A stretch of 64,000 nucleotides of DNA, taken from Octopus vulgaris. Its lineage: Eukaryota. How positions within the stretch are numbered: position 1 is the stretch's first letter; each line of letters opens with the position of its first letter. Both the position numbers and the translations under genes were made by a program. The stretch is taken from positions 41,788,001 through 41,852,000 of the forward strand of contig OX597837.1 of NCBI GenBank assembly GCA_951406725.2. The letters are read 5' to 3'. The notes below the pieces were generated by a model, which ran no database searches, was not told where the DNA came from, and saw nothing but the letters and a program-made list of their open reading frames with translations. Of the stretch, positions 26,002 to 40,691 are shown piece after piece.

Positions 26002-26223
26002 CCCTTTCGTTACTGTATTTATTTTGAGATGCTCTGTGCTTCTTTCAGTTACTTTAAATATTACAAAGAATTTAGTAAAATAACTTAGTTATCATTAAGC
26101 TAGTGTTAGGGACATAAATTGTGACTAAAGGTTTGGTGGAAGATTTTAATTCAAAACTTATGAAAACAAGACATTTGTACTACAGAGCCAGAGGCAGTTT
26201 CAGCCAGGTTGGTAACGAAAGGG
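26002..26223. mobile_element. piggyBac-type MITE, second family
   Basis: TTAA|CCCTTTCGTTAC...GTAACGAAAGGG|TTAA: 12-bp perfect TIRs with TTAA target duplication. Confidence 0.88.
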
Positions 26224-26239
26224 TTAAAGGGACATAGGA

Positions 26240-26510
26240 ATGCGACAGGAGAGTGGAGAAAGGGTGCTCCTGAATACTCCATGTACAAACATGCAACAGT
26301 AGCGTCTGGTCATTGCTGACCCAAACACCGAATGAGTATGGATAGGACAGTTTCGTCGCTTTGCGCACATCTCAGAAATACCCGTCTGATGGCACTTTCA
26401 CCAATGCCTGCAGAGATATATTTTGAATCAATACAGCCCCTTCGGAGCACTGCCAATGCCAAAGACTTCTGGTAATTAACCATAATGGTTCCCCGATCTG
26501 AAAGGATTCT
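26240..26510 (-). mobile_element. Degenerate L1/Tx1-like LINE fragment (zinc-knuckle region)
   Basis: NYQKSLA/WQCSEGA...LRCAQSDETVLSILIRC resembles the zf-RVT pattern LAW..RGAL...CxxC...ET..H....C; contains frameshifts. Confidence 0.45.
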
Positions 26511-27602
26511 GTGGCAGATTTCTCGAATTTTTTTCTGTTTGGCTGTCAAGATTTCAAAATTTTAAATTTATTGAAAATTTTAAAATTTGGTATATTAATG
26601 TACTTTTCCAAGCTGAATTGCTGGAGTTATTTCACTTCTTTCAAAAAAAGGTTATAGACGTTTAAAGTTCGATCATTTTCACCCAGTCAGGAAACAGGAT
26701 TTGGAAGCTGTTAGTCTCTGTATGACAACACATTTTGTCAACATCCTGAAATTAGCACGTGTTGCCAATATCTGTATTATACACGCAGAAAATGAGTAAA
26801 CAACACGTCTTTTGTAGTTTTAAGCATTTGATATGCATTTAAGGCGATAAACAGCACGTTATAAATTAAATATTTTTTTAAAAACAAACATTTTGTTAAC
26901 TAAAACAACATGTCTTTTGTAGTTTCAAGCATTCGATATGCATTTAATGCGATAGCACGAACTTAAAAGATTTATCCAAAAACGTTATTTAGCTGTTATT
27001 TTTAGAACACCTCACAACCACCTCAATGACACAAAAACAAATAAACAACACATCTTTTGTAGCTTTAAGCATTCAATATGCATTTAATGTGGTAAACAGC
27101 ACATTACAAATTAAATATTTCTCAAAAAAAAAAAAGGAGACTTATAGCACGAACTTAAAAGATTTATCTAAAAACAAAACAGCACATTATAAAGTAATTA
27201 TTTTAAAAATAAACATTTTGTTGGCCAGTTCATTAATTCCTTATCGCCAAATAGATTGGTAAAATTCCCAGGCAGGTACAACAGTAGAAAAAAGCGTCAA
27301 CAAGTGGTCTCCATATATTTGTCAACACGTGCATTCTCACAAAAGAGTTATCACGTTCGGCTTGTTACTATGGAAACAGGCATGAATGCGTCTGTGGCTT
27401 ACGATTGGTTAAAATTACCCAAAATGTTCAAACTTTAACAGTTTTAGGTGTTTTCACTCAATAAACACTCACAACGCCCGGTCTGGGAATCGAAACCACG
27501 AGTCCGCTGTCCTAACCACTGGGCCATTGCGCCTCCACACTTCTGCAATAAATAAAATGATTTAACAACAAAATTTTACATGGGCCCTGGAGAGTATCGA
27601 AT

Positions 27603-27850
27603 GCCTTTATGAAGACCTGCCGGAAGTTAGCGAGAAGATCAGGTAAAGACGGCTGCGACTGTCTGGTCACTGCGTGTGCCACGCTTGGCTGGAGGCATCC
27701 GAATTAGTCTCGTGGAACCAACTTCGTGGTGATTGCAAGAAGAGCAAAACATCGTCACACTTACACCGACGACTTCATCGCAGACACTGGCCGAAAATGG
27801 TAACCAAGATCTCGAGGCAGTGATGTTAGACAGAAGGGTGGGTGAAGTGG
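27603..27850 (+). mobile_element. RTE-clade LINE 3' fragment (degenerate)
   Basis: LYEDLPEVSEKIR*RRLRLSGHCVCH...ASELVSW...DLEAVMLDR resembles the RTE/RTE-X C-terminal RRLR.AGHC.R motif. Confidence 0.65.
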
Positions 27851-27992
27851 GGAAGATTTTGTTGCTGTGGCCGAAGTTGGAACAGGGCCATAAAAAAAAA
27901 GGACCCTCGTTGAGAACCACTGAATTAGAGTCGCCTTCATTAAAACCTATGATTGATCAGCTGGGCGAAACGCTTAGTGGTATTTCGTCCGC

Positions 27993-28410
27993 CGGCGGCG
28001 AGCTGGCAGAAACGTTAGCGCGCCGGGCGAAATGCTTTACGGTATTTCGTCTGCGTTACGTTGTGAGTTCAAATTCCGCCGAGGTCGACTTTGCCTTTCA
28101 TCCTTTCGGGGTCGATAAATTAAGTACCAGTTACGCACTGGGGTCGATATAATCGACTTAATACCTATGTCTGTCCTTGTTTGTCCCCTCTGTGTTTAGC
28201 CCCTTGTGGGTAATAAAGAAATAGGTATTTCGTCTGCCGTTACGTTCTGAGTTCAAATTCCTCCGAGGTCGACTTTGCCTTTCATACTTTCAGGGTCGAT
28301 AAATTAAGCATCAGTTACGCACTGGGGTCGATGTAATCGACTTAATCCCTATGTCTGTCCTTGTTTGTCCCCTCTGTGTTTAGCCCCTTATGGGCAATAG
28401 AGAAATAAGA
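27993..28410 (+). mobile_element. SINE family B with internal tandem duplication of the B-box/body segment
   Basis: GGTATTTCGTCTGC...TAGCCCCTT occurs twice (~28041 and ~28224). The same duplication pattern appears at 51780-52030 and 47960-48310. Confidence 0.85.
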
Positions 28411-28746
28411 TTATCAAATTTGATGGCATCAAATAGAGAGATTTTTGTCTCCCCCCCCCCAAATCACTCGGGTTATATATGCAACGTAAATATGTCCCCC
28501 GAAGCTCCCTTAAGTCAATATAGCCCCACCCCCACGAAACTCACGTTTTCTTAAAATAGGGGACACATCCTTTACACCGTCATACATTGAAGATATTTTA
28601 GGTATAAAAAAAGGGTAAAGTAAAAAAAAAACCCAACAAAATCAATAAATATAAACAAAAAGACAAAACGAAAAACGATATATATAAATATATGTATATG
28701 TATCTATATATATATGTATGTATATGTATCTATATATGTATACATA

Positions 28747-28777
<31 letters not shown>

Positions 28778-28850
28778 CGATATGTATGTATATATATGTG
28801 TGTGTATATATATATATATCGATATGTATCAATATATGTATGTATATATA

Positions 28851-28881
<31 letters not shown>

Positions 28882-28888
28882 CGATATG

Positions 28889-28921
<33 letters not shown>

Positions 28922-29220
28922 ATATAATATAGATATATTTCGTTTTAAAGACAAGCTAACACAAATAACAAGAGCAAGAAGAAGAAGACTTTGAATAATA
29001 GTTTTATGTAGACAACTGTAACTAATATTTTAGTATCAAGACTTCGTCGTTGTTGTTGCGGTTGTTGTTGTTCCGCTTTTACTTTGTCATGCCTTGGCAA
29101 CTAAAAAGTATAAAAGTTATAACGTAACGTTTCTTGTTTGAAACGGTGGCGAGGAGAAGAGGAGGAAGCGAAGACAGAAACTATAGCTATGGGTTTCAGG
29201 AAAAGAAGGAAAAAAAGTGT

Positions 29221-29252
<32 letters not shown>

Positions 29253-29382
29253 CATACACCTGTGTATATATACATACATATCTGTGTATGTAATATATAT
29301 ATATTTATATATACATATGTTTTCAACTTAGCTTAAACCCACATCACCCCCTATATATATATACACACACACACACACACCT

Positions 29383-29417
<35 letters not shown>

Positions 29418-29539
29418 CACGCACACCTGTACGTGATATATATATATATATATATACACGCACACCTGTACGTGTATATATATATATATATATATTATAT
29501 ATACATATATAATGTTTTCAACTTTACCCTCCTCGCCAT

Positions 29540-30080
<541 letters not shown>

Positions 30081-30740
30081 TATTTGGTGCGTGCTTCGCT
30101 ACAAACAATAGTACAATTAGTCCGCTACAACTAAACTTTCACCCAATACACGGCAGTACCAATATAAAAACAAGATTGTGTTTCACCCCTACCTTCCTCT
30201 CTGGACCCTGCCCCTGTCTCTCTCTCTCTCTCTCTCTCTCCGACACCATCACTATATCACTTACTACCTCTCTCTCTCTCTCTATTATTTTTTTCTTTCT
30301 TTCTATCTTTCTTCCGTCTGGAAACCTTCATGTTTTCTCTACTCAAGTCAAGGGTGAAAACAAAAACACAAGACACAAAGAGAGAGGAGAAGAAGAAGGA
30401 AATAAAAGGGAAAAGACCAGAGAAGTTTTCTCCTTTTGTGTGTGTGTAGGTGAGTGTGTATAACAGCGCGCGCGCACACGTATTTACGCATACACACTGA
30501 CTGAAACCACACAGACATATATAGACACGTAATGTGTATGTATATACACACCTATATATATAGATAAATATAAATATATATACATTATATATACATACAC
30601 ATATATTATACATATACATACATATATATATACATACACACATATATATACATATATACATACATACACACATATATATATATATATACATATACAGATA
30701 TATACATATATTATACATATATATACATATATACATATAT

Positions 30741-30793
<53 letters not shown>

Positions 30794-31040
30794 TATATAT
30801 ATACACATATATATACACACACATATATATATACACACACACATATATATATACATATATATATATACTTACATACATATATACTTATATACATATATAC
30901 ATATACACACACACACAGGATAGAAATATGTGTGTATATGTTTTGTATACAAAAGAAAAATCTGCAGCAAAATGAAAAAAAAGATCACCGCCGCTACCAC
31001 CACCACCACGGATGGTTGGTTGGTTGGTTTGCTGTTTTAG

Positions 31041-31091
<51 letters not shown>

Positions 31092-32278
31092 AGTGAAAGT
31101 GTGTGTGAGATAGTGAAAATTTTTCTGACAAGAATTTAGCAGCAATAAAGCGTTGTAGTTTGGATAGTTGGAGATTCTATGGAAACGTCAACGACCTGTG
31201 AATCATGGCAAAGCCGTAAACCTCTCAACACATTAAAAACACCCCATACACGCACACACACACAACTTTGCACATACACACACAGCCTTTAGTCTATATA
31301 TATACACACATATACACACACACATTATTATATGATGGTATCATCTTTGTAATGTATAAATTTTTTTGTTTGTGCCTATGTGAATATATATTCTTGTGAT
31401 GGTATTTACAAGCAAGTTTTCCATGGCACGGTGCAATGCAACGAAGCGCTGCAACAAACCGGTGCAACGAACCAGTGAAGCGAGCAGTGATGCTCAATTT
31501 TCTTTTGCTGAGCTCGCCTTTTCTTCGTACTTCGTACTTCGCACTTCCTTTCTTCATATGGAGGCCATCGTCTGAATGAAAAAAGGTAGTGGGTAAACCT
31601 CCAGCCTGACACTGCTACGGATCAGCGTTCGATTCCTAGCTGTGGCCGCTTCAAGTAATACAATCTCTCACAGAACAAATAAATCCTAGATCAAACAACA
31701 TTTGTCTATATTTACTTGTTTCAGTCATTAGACTGCGGCCATGCTGGAGCACGGCCTGCAAGAATTTTTAGTCGGTCTCTTTTGCCGAACCACCAAGTTA
31801 CGGGGGCATATAAACACACTAGCACCAGTTGTCAAGCAGTGGTGGGGGACAAACACAGACACGTGTGTGTATTAGGTAGTTAATTAGGATCTTTTGTTTG
31901 CATTTCATTTTCCAGTTCCTTTAATTCAAATTTGGTGTATTGATGTAGTTATATATGCTTATTATAGAAACGAAATTCATTTTTGCCATAAATTAATGAA
32001 CAAATTTAAAGCTTTTAAATTTTGCCATAAGTTGAGCAATTTTAGCCAATCGAAAGCCACATATATATTGGTGCCTGTTTGCATAGTAACAAACCCCAGG
32101 GTCTAGTCTGCTCAACCACCGTCCTACGGTTGTATTTTCTTGCTTTTACCCGTCTGTTGATGTCTCGATAGTCTGCTTTCCAACCACCGTCAATGTTTTT
32201 TTGTTTTTTTTTTATTTTGAGAAACGAACGGATGTTTCGGTTGTCTTTTCCTGGACGTTTTTCAACCTAAACTGAAGT

Positions 32279-32728
32279 ATGACCGCAGCCAACTCATCTA
32301 ACTTTTCGTATATGATGGAGAAAATGAAAACCGAGGTGGATGCGGTTTCTTACTTGCAAGAGAAGGGTGTTATTCCTCAAAGAAAATTATGCATACACAC
32401 ACAAAAAAGAACATTATATGAGGAAAAAGATTCTTGGCAGCAACATTTACTGGTGGTGCTCCTGAAAAGGGTGCTAGGTGCGTGTGTGTGTCTGTCAGAA
32501 AAAGATACATAGTTGGAAGATGGTACCCTTCCTCTCAGGACTGTACAGTCCCCGCCTCCCTTGCGGGTCAAGGAATTGCCTTCAGTCCAGTCTTGTGTAG
32601 AAGAACCGGGGATGAGATACAGCACAGCTGTTGATTACGAATTTATGTGGTGGAAGCAATACGAAAATTGTAATTTGTTTGACAAACTCTTAGAATGTAT
32701 CGCAAACTTCCCCCAGCGGAACCCGTAA
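32279..32728 (+). mobile_element. Internally deleted Merlin/ISXO2-like transposase remnant
   Basis: N-terminal-like AVSYLQEKGVIP..KLC...SVRKDT..E..L.L joined at AVDY to C-terminal-like EFMWWK....NLFDKLLECIANF. No DDE core and no TIRs located. Confidence 0.5.
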
Positions 32729-32878
32729 ATATTTCTCGGAATTAATAAGTAAACCTCATTGGGTTATTTCTGAAAACTTTATATCCAAAAAGCCTGAAAG
32801 TGTAGCTCATCTGCTACTCATTGGCTGGAATAAGTCGCCAGCATTTTTGGAGGTACGTAGAAGATAAAGGAAAACTGA

Positions 32879-33034
32879 AGGAGTGACTGTGTGGTAAGTA
32901 ACTTCTTTACCAACCACATGGTTCCGGGTTCAGTCCCACTGTGTGGCACCTTGGCAGGTGTCTTCTACTATAGCCTCGGGCCGACCAAAGCCTTGTGAGT
33001 GGATTTGATAGACGGAAACTGAAAGAAGCCCGTC

Positions 33035-33082
<48 letters not shown>

Positions 33083-33300
33083 ATGTTTGTGTATGTTTGT
33101 GTGTCTGTGTTTGTCCCCCTAGCATTGCTTGACAACCGATGCTGGTGTGTTTATGTCCCCGTCACTTAGCGGTTCAGCAAAAGAGACCGATGGAATAAGT
33201 ACTGGGCTTACAAAGAATAAGTCCCGGGGTTGAGTTGCTCGATTAAAGGTGGTGCTCCAGCATGGCCGCAGTCAAATGACAAACAAGTAAAAGAGTAAAG
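32879..33300 (+). mobile_element. SINE family A, near full length
   Basis: A/B-box head GTG(A)CTGTGTGG...GGTTCAGTCCC; body nearly identical to other copies. Confidence 0.9.
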
Positions 33301-33991
33301 AGAGAGAGAGAGAGAGTAACTGTATTGTCTTTTTTTTTATTGCAACTCATCTTTTATTTATTTGATTCATCTTCAATAAAAATAGCATTGATGTCACAAC
33401 CTGTCATGATTTAATATGTTTCTTTGTCGTTTAAGGATTCAGTATCACCACCCGTCAATATCACGCCTACACTGTGAACAGTAACTACCAACATTCCTCG
33501 CCACTCCATAACTTTTTTTTACTAAAAGCCCCTCTACACCGCTGTTACTACTACTACAACCACCAAACTACTATTATTAGTACCACTTCGATCTCTACAT
33601 CACTACCGATGCTCTAGCATTGCTACAACATCCAATACTACTAATTTTTACCATACGACTCGTTGCTATTATCTTCACATCGCCACCGCCATTACTACTA
33701 TGAGAACATCTACATGCCCTCCATACCACAACTAATACAACTATAACCCAACACTTCTACTACTACTACTACTACTACTGTAACCACCACCACCACCAAT
33801 TACAGCCAAATTACAACAGGATGAGTAAAAAAATTCAGTGCTTAGTAAAGAACGAACCTTTGTCTCTCTCAACATGCAATAAACAAATCGTGTATGTGTG
33901 TGTGTGTGCATGTGGACACACGCATACACGAGAAGTTTTCGACTCTTGAGTCATTCTGTAATTTCTGCCAATTATTAAAATATACACATAC

Positions 33992-34026
<35 letters not shown>

Positions 34027-34304
34027 CATGCCTTGGGTTCTATTTTCCTGTTTTTATCACCAAGCATATTAAATACACATGCACACACATGTATACATAT
34101 ATAAACATATATATATACACATGTATACATATATACACACAATATATATACACATGTATATATATATATATACATACACACACACACACATATATATATA
34201 TATACATACACACACATATATATATATATACATACACACACACATATACATATGCGCACTTATACATATAAATATGCATGTATATATACATTTACACATA
34301 CATT

Positions 34305-34340
<36 letters not shown>

Positions 34341-34588
34341 AAGAGAGAGACACACACAGTCGAAAAAAGCTTTCCCCCCCTCCCCGCCAGTATCTCCCCT
34401 CCACTGTTGGCATGTTTTATCACTCGGGCCTCTCCAGGTTGCAACCACTTCGTCTCTACTCAATCATTCCTTCATATCGAACCTGGGAGTTGAAGGTAAT
34501 AAGAATGTCTTTCAACAAAAAACAATGAAATAAAAACAATACAACTTCAGCTTATTATAACAAAACCTTGTCTTAGTAACTCCAGAGG

Positions 34589-34634
<46 letters not shown>

Positions 34635-34785
34635 AGGGGACACGAAACACCAACATCAATAACAAGAATAATAATAAGATGGAAAAAGATGTTAGTTTTA
34701 ATTTCTTTTCTGTAAAAAAAAACGCAGACACACACACACATACATGCACACAACCCATTTTGCATATGAGAATGAGCAAGTAACT

Positions 34786-34822
<37 letters not shown>

Positions 34823-34961
34823 CACTCACACACACACACACAGAGACATATGCATACACACATATATGCACTTATAATACATACATATATACACACACAT
34901 ACATATATATCCACACACACAATACATATATACACACGTACATACACACATATACATACGT

Positions 34962-35001
<40 letters not shown>

Positions 35002-36148
35002 TTATATATGCATATATATATATATACACACATGCACACACACACACACATATATCTATATGCACATACATTTATATATACATACATATATATACACACA
35101 CACACGCACATATATATCTATATACACACACATATATATATACATACATATATATACACACATATATATATATATATCTATACACACACACACGCATTTA
35201 TATCTACATACACAGTTATATTAATCTATCTATCAGTAAAGATAGATAGATAGATAGAAAGTGACATGGAAAAGAGAGAGAGAGAGAGACTGCAAGGAAT
35301 TTTTTAAATATTTTTTATATTATTTTCTCCAACATTACATGTGTTCAAACATCATCTGTTTAATAGCATCAACGGAGCAGGAGGAGGAGGAAGAAGAGGA
35401 GGTGCCGGAGCGAAGGACGATGTAGATTTAAGTTGACGAAGTTACAGTCACCTGGGAGAGAGAGAAGAGGAGGGAAGGGCTGTTGTGATTTATGGACCGA
35501 GCTAGCTCTGGAAATAGATTTGTTTTGTTTTCATCAGTGTGGAGGGGCAGAGGAGGTGATGACTGACTTTACAACTATTATTGTTATTATTATTATTACA
35601 GTTGCTTTTAGTGGGCATGTATGTAGGTATTCGTTTTACTTTTCTAAGAATATAGTCGAAGTTTATAAACCATTAAAACTATTTTATTCTGTTTGTTTAT
35701 TTAAAAGAAAGAAAAAATCACGCGTTTTTGTTTGTTTTTTTCCCGCTGTTTTTCTTTTTTTTTTCTTTGGAAATGGAACAAAAAAGAAAGAAAAAAATGG
35801 TAAGCGCCATGCTTTTTTCCAGAGAAACCGTCAAGACCGTAAGCGATATAGCTACAACTGGGAATTGAACCAGAAAACAACAGATTTGGTCAAGCGAGGA
35901 CTATGATGCATGTTTTAAGTGTATTTTTTAAACTTGAGTCATTTTGTTTTTACCGCTCTCAGCTCTAGACTGTTGACTGATATTTTATTTTATTCACCGG
36001 GGGAAGACCTAAGCTACCGTTACCCTCGATGGAATTTGAACTCAGAGGTGGTTACGGAACCGTAACGCAATACAGCACTCTATATTTTGTTTCCGCTATC
36101 CACAACTTTTAAGCTACACGCACACACATGATTGCTCTTTGCATGCGC

Positions 36149-36204
<56 letters not shown>

Positions 36205-36545
36205 TATATATAGAAAAATACAAACTGGGACAAGAACGTAAAACATTTAGAAGACGATAAAAAAACACGGACGGGACATTCGAAGCCTTCAATCTTCAGT
36301 CAAGAACCGGATCATCCTAGCAATTTCGGCTGATTAATCTTGAGATCGCTCCGATCCGGCCAGCCCCAAGGAAAAACTAAGCTACGAGCATTAGATTTCT
36401 TGGTAGAAGGATCGAATGTATACGAAACAGGGACAGAAAAACGGACGATGCCACACGAATACAAAATACAAAAAACAATAATGGTAAAAACAGGACAAAA
36501 ACAGCGGGTGTCTTATATTCGCATGACACTGAATAAAGTAGTACC
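36205..36545 (-). mobile_element. TA-tract-associated short repeat (probable Penelope-like terminal repeat); also at 13090-13218 (+) and 53410-53540 (-)
   Basis: Three near-identical copies of TCAGCCGAAATTGC..GATGATCCGGTTCTTGACTGAAGATTGAAGGCTTCG..TGTCCCGTCCGTG, each ending in (TA)n. Confidence 0.7.
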
Positions 36546-38170
36546 CTTTCTTGTTTGCCTTCTCAGTAAAGAATACGTCCTGTAGCTCTGCGCCTTTAAA
36601 GACTGGGAAACAGGCAAGAGTGGACGACAGGAAAGGCATCCGGCCATAAAATACTACAATACCTATTTCTTTATTACCCACAAGGGGCTAAACACAGAGG
36701 GGACAGACATAGGTATTAAGTCGATTACATCGACCCCGGTGCGAAACTGGTACTTTATTTATCGACCCCGAAAGGATGAAAGGCAAAGTCGACCTCGGCG
36801 GCACCTCTATAAATCCCTATTTGGTTCATACCAGTATGAATCAATGAGGTAGCATCTGTGGTTACTCGACTTGCCAGAAATAGCAGCCATGTTTTTTAAT
36901 TGAAGCCAAACTTAAGAACAGCTGCGGTGCCTTTTAAAAAGCAGAATAACATAGTCTAAAATAAACTTGGAAAGGTCAAAAAAAAGAAATGGTTGGTTGC
37001 TATATGGTTTTTCTAGTGTTATTTCGTGTTATTCCTCTTTCTTCGACTCAATCATAAACACACACACACACACACAAGTACAGCAAGAACACCATAAAGC
37101 TATAACTTGAAATTGTTTTTAACTTTCCAAACTTGTGACTCAAAGATAGAAAAGTAAAATAGACGGCGTGGAAGGGAGGGGGGGCAGAAGAATGAGGTGG
37201 TGGGTGGAGAGAAGAGAATGGAAAAAAAATTTTTTTTTTAAAGAAAGGAAAAAATATTCTTATTTTGGGAAAGAATCTGTTCGAAACTAAAAATGTCATA
37301 GAAAAGGAAAAAAATATATATATACATATATATATATGAGTAAATGGAACATGTTTAACATGTTTTAGAGAAATCTTTTCTCTAAGATCTAGATTAAGAA
37401 ATGTTGTAGAAAACATTACAGAAGTAACAACAGTTCCGACATTATCAACGGTCGGGTGGCTGTTAATGTGGTTGCTGTTACTATTGTTGTTGTTGGTGGT
37501 GGTGGAGGTTGTTTAACCCTAGGCAAGTCAGCCCCCCACCCTTTGCTCCATCAGACAAACAGGCTACGCATGTCGCCCGGCGTGCTTAACGTTTCTGCCA
37601 GCTCGCCGTCTTAAGTGTTATTTTTTATCGACCCCGAAGGATGAAAGGCGAAGTCGACCTCGGTGGAATTTGAACTCAGAACGTAAAGACGGATGAAATG
37701 CTGTTAAGCATTTTCACCAGCATGGTAACGATTCTGCCAGCCCACCGCCCTGAACCCTTCATAATAATATTAACCAGGAGGCGCAATAGCCCAGTGGTTA
37801 GGGCAGCGGACTCGCGGTCGGAGGATCGCAGTTTCGATTCCCAGACCAGGCGTTGTGAGTGTTTATTGAGCGAAAACACCTAAAGCTCCACAACTTTCTC
37901 TCGCTCTTTCTTCCTGTTTCTCTTGTACCTGTATTTCAAAGGGCCGGCCTTGTCACACTCTATGTCATGCTGAATCTCCTCGAGAACTACGTTAAGGGAA
38001 CACGTGTCTGTGGAGTGCTCAGCCACTTACACGTTAATTTCACGAGCAGGCTGTTCGTTTATCGTATCAGCTGGGACCCTCATCGTCGCAACCGACGGAG
38101 TGCTCCTATCTATCTATAAATATAAACCAGAACAACAACAGCAATAATAAAGTATCAACAAGGTACTCAC

Positions 38171-38408
38171 GCCCCCAAGTTCGGATGGAGTTTCCACTAC
38201 GATCTGTGCAGCTATCACTGACAGGTTGGAAGACAGTCTCCCAGCCGCGTGTGGCGTAGCGCCAACCTTTCGATTCCAGCACCAGAGTTCGCTTGGTTGC
38301 GTAGGCCACGATTAGACAGTAGGTCACGTGATGTAATTGGCATCCATAACCACAACCTTTGCTCAAGTTGCAGACTAACTTTTTAGCAGTTTTGCAATTG
38401 CGGGGATT
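38171..38408 (-). CDS. FUT8: FUT8 coding exon (first exon found in window; [27 protein letters not shown]...[17 protein letters not shown])
   Basis: Translation matches the conserved FUT8 segment (human [31 protein letters not shown]). Acceptor TTTTCAG (AG at 38410-38409), donor GTGAGT (GT at 38170-38169). 238 nt, ends in phase 1. Confidence 0.96.
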
Positions 38409-38461
38409 CTGAAAATAAATAAATAAAAACATATAATAATAATAATAATAATAACAATAAC

Positions 38462-38496
<35 letters not shown>

Positions 38497-38880
38497 GGCG
38501 AAAGAATTTGACAAGCTCAGAAAATATAAAGACTTGCCCATTGAGGCGGTTACAATACCAGTGATCGTAGGAGCACTAGGAATGATCAAGAAGGGAACCG
38601 AAAATTATATGAGAATGATCCCTGGCTTACCATCCCTGCAAGAAGTGCAAAAGATTGTCTTAACTGGTACATCACACGTATTGAGAAGAGCATTGTCGAT
38701 GTGAGAACTATTACTACCCATGTATTTTAATTTAACTTTATTCCTATAAAAAAAAAATGAACGAACTAGTGAGTTTAGTTTAATGGCCTACCAATGTATA
38801 CTATGAGTTTCTTTGCCCTGGGAGTCGGGAAGACACTTGGCAAGAAATGGAAGCAAATTTGAAAGAAGAAGAAAAACCCA
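38497..38880 (+). mobile_element. 5'-truncated Dong/R4-clade LINE (C-terminus of RLE domain + 3' UTR) inserted in (TAA)n
   Basis: Translates [28 protein letters not shown]...LQEVQKIVLTGTSHVLRRALSM* (stop 38702-38704), typical of R4/Dong C-termini. TAA repeats on both sides. Confidence 0.8.
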
Positions 38881-39069
38881 TAAATAATAATAATAATAAT
38901 GGCTTCAAATTTTGCCACAAGGGCAGCAGTTTTGGGGGGAGGGAATGAGTCGATTATATCGACCCTAGTGTTCAACTGGTACATATTTTTATCGAACCCA
39001 AAAGGGACGAAAGGCAAAGTCGACCTCGGTGGAATTTGAACTCAGAACGGAGCGATGGGCGAAACACCG

Positions 39070-39140
<71 letters not shown>

Positions 39141-39818
39141 ACCACACCGTAGAAAATGAATCAATGATAAACAAACAATAGAACATATGGGGGGAAAATA
39201 AGTTTCGTTTTGGGACCTGCTAAGTTGTGTTGAAGATTCAATAGGCATAATGGATGGCCGCGGGGCCATACTTTTGTAGTACTAGCAGAATCTTTCAGTG
39301 ATTGCTGACCCATGTTACCACAGATCAATTCGTGTAAAAAAAAAACGTGACTCGGTTCGCAATTTGTGCACCGTGTTATTCTCAGATCAGTGATAAATAA
39401 ATCAGTGATAAACAAGTATGCATGTGTAAGTCTTATTTTTATTGAAGAAAATATACAAATCATCGTTGTCTGTTGCCAGGAACTTGTTTAATATGTATGT
39501 TGGTGTATTTGGTTGTGTTAACACGGCTAAAACCTGTGGGTATTTAAGCGAAGTGTTCGTGGATGGTTTAATAAGTTGGATGTGCTCTGATGACAGAATA
39601 ACTCTCGAAATATGTATATACATCTGTTACTTATTTTTTTCTATCTTTGATCACATTGTTTCCATATACGGATTCATTTGCGAAACATTGTAAATTTCAG
39701 AGCTGGCTCTAAATTCTACGGAAAATTTATAGAGAAAAGCCAAGACAGACGATTGCTTTCTTCTTTGGAAAATCGTTTGGATCTTTTCGGTTTCACAGTC
39801 CAGATCCAAACTTTTTTG

Positions 39819-40215
39819 GGAGTGGCTGTGTGGTAAGTAGCTTGCTAACCAACCACATGGTTCCGGGTTCAGTCCCACTGCATGGCATCTTGGGCAAGTG
39901 TCTTCTGCTATAGCCTCGGGCCGACCAAAGCCTTGTGAGTGGATTTGGTAGACGGAAACTGAAAGAAGCCTGTCGTATATATGTATATGTATATATATGT
40001 ATTTACGTGTTTGTGTGTCTGTGTTTGTCCACCCTAGCATTGCTTGACAACCGATGCTGGTGTTTACGTCCCCGTCACTTAGCGGTTCGGCAAAAGAGAC
40101 CGATAGAATAAGTACTGGGCTTACAAAAGAATAAGTCCCGGGGTCGATTTGCTCGACTAAAGGCGGTGCTCCAGCATGGCCGCAGTCAAATGACTGAAAC
40201 AAGTAAAAGAGTAGA
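39819..40215 (+). mobile_element. SINE family A
   Basis: Matches the other copies; forms an inverted pair with 40692-41096. Confidence 0.9.
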
Positions 40216-40423
40216 GTGGTGAAGGCGTGGCTGTGTGGTCAAGATGCTTGCTTTCCAACCACATGGGCTGCAGTTCAGTCCCACTACATGGCACTTAACA
40301 AAAATTACTCGAGGAAACAACTGGAAAGGTTGAGCATATTTCTTTGATCTCAGTAACACAAACTATTTGAGTGATAATAATTAGTATCTGTGTGTGTGTG
40401 AGAGAGAGAAGGAAAGAGAAAGC

Positions 40424-40457
<34 letters not shown>

Positions 40458-40691
40458 AACCGACCCCCGCAAGCACGAGCAGGTCGTTGACATTCAGGAT
40501 TAAAAAAGAAATCGTCTTTAAAAGCATTGAGATTTTCTAGCAATCTTGGGAAATATAAGCGGGCGAAATAAACATGAACACACACACATATATGAACATA
40601 TACATATTCATACATATATACACATACATATTCATACGTATATACACATGCATATTCATACATATATACACATACACAAACAATTATATAT

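Noticed and set aside
39140-39815. Possible Penelope RT/GIY-YIG remnant
   Set aside because: It is a unique-looking insert after a TA tract, but I could not read a diagnostic motif; needs BLASTx/HMM.
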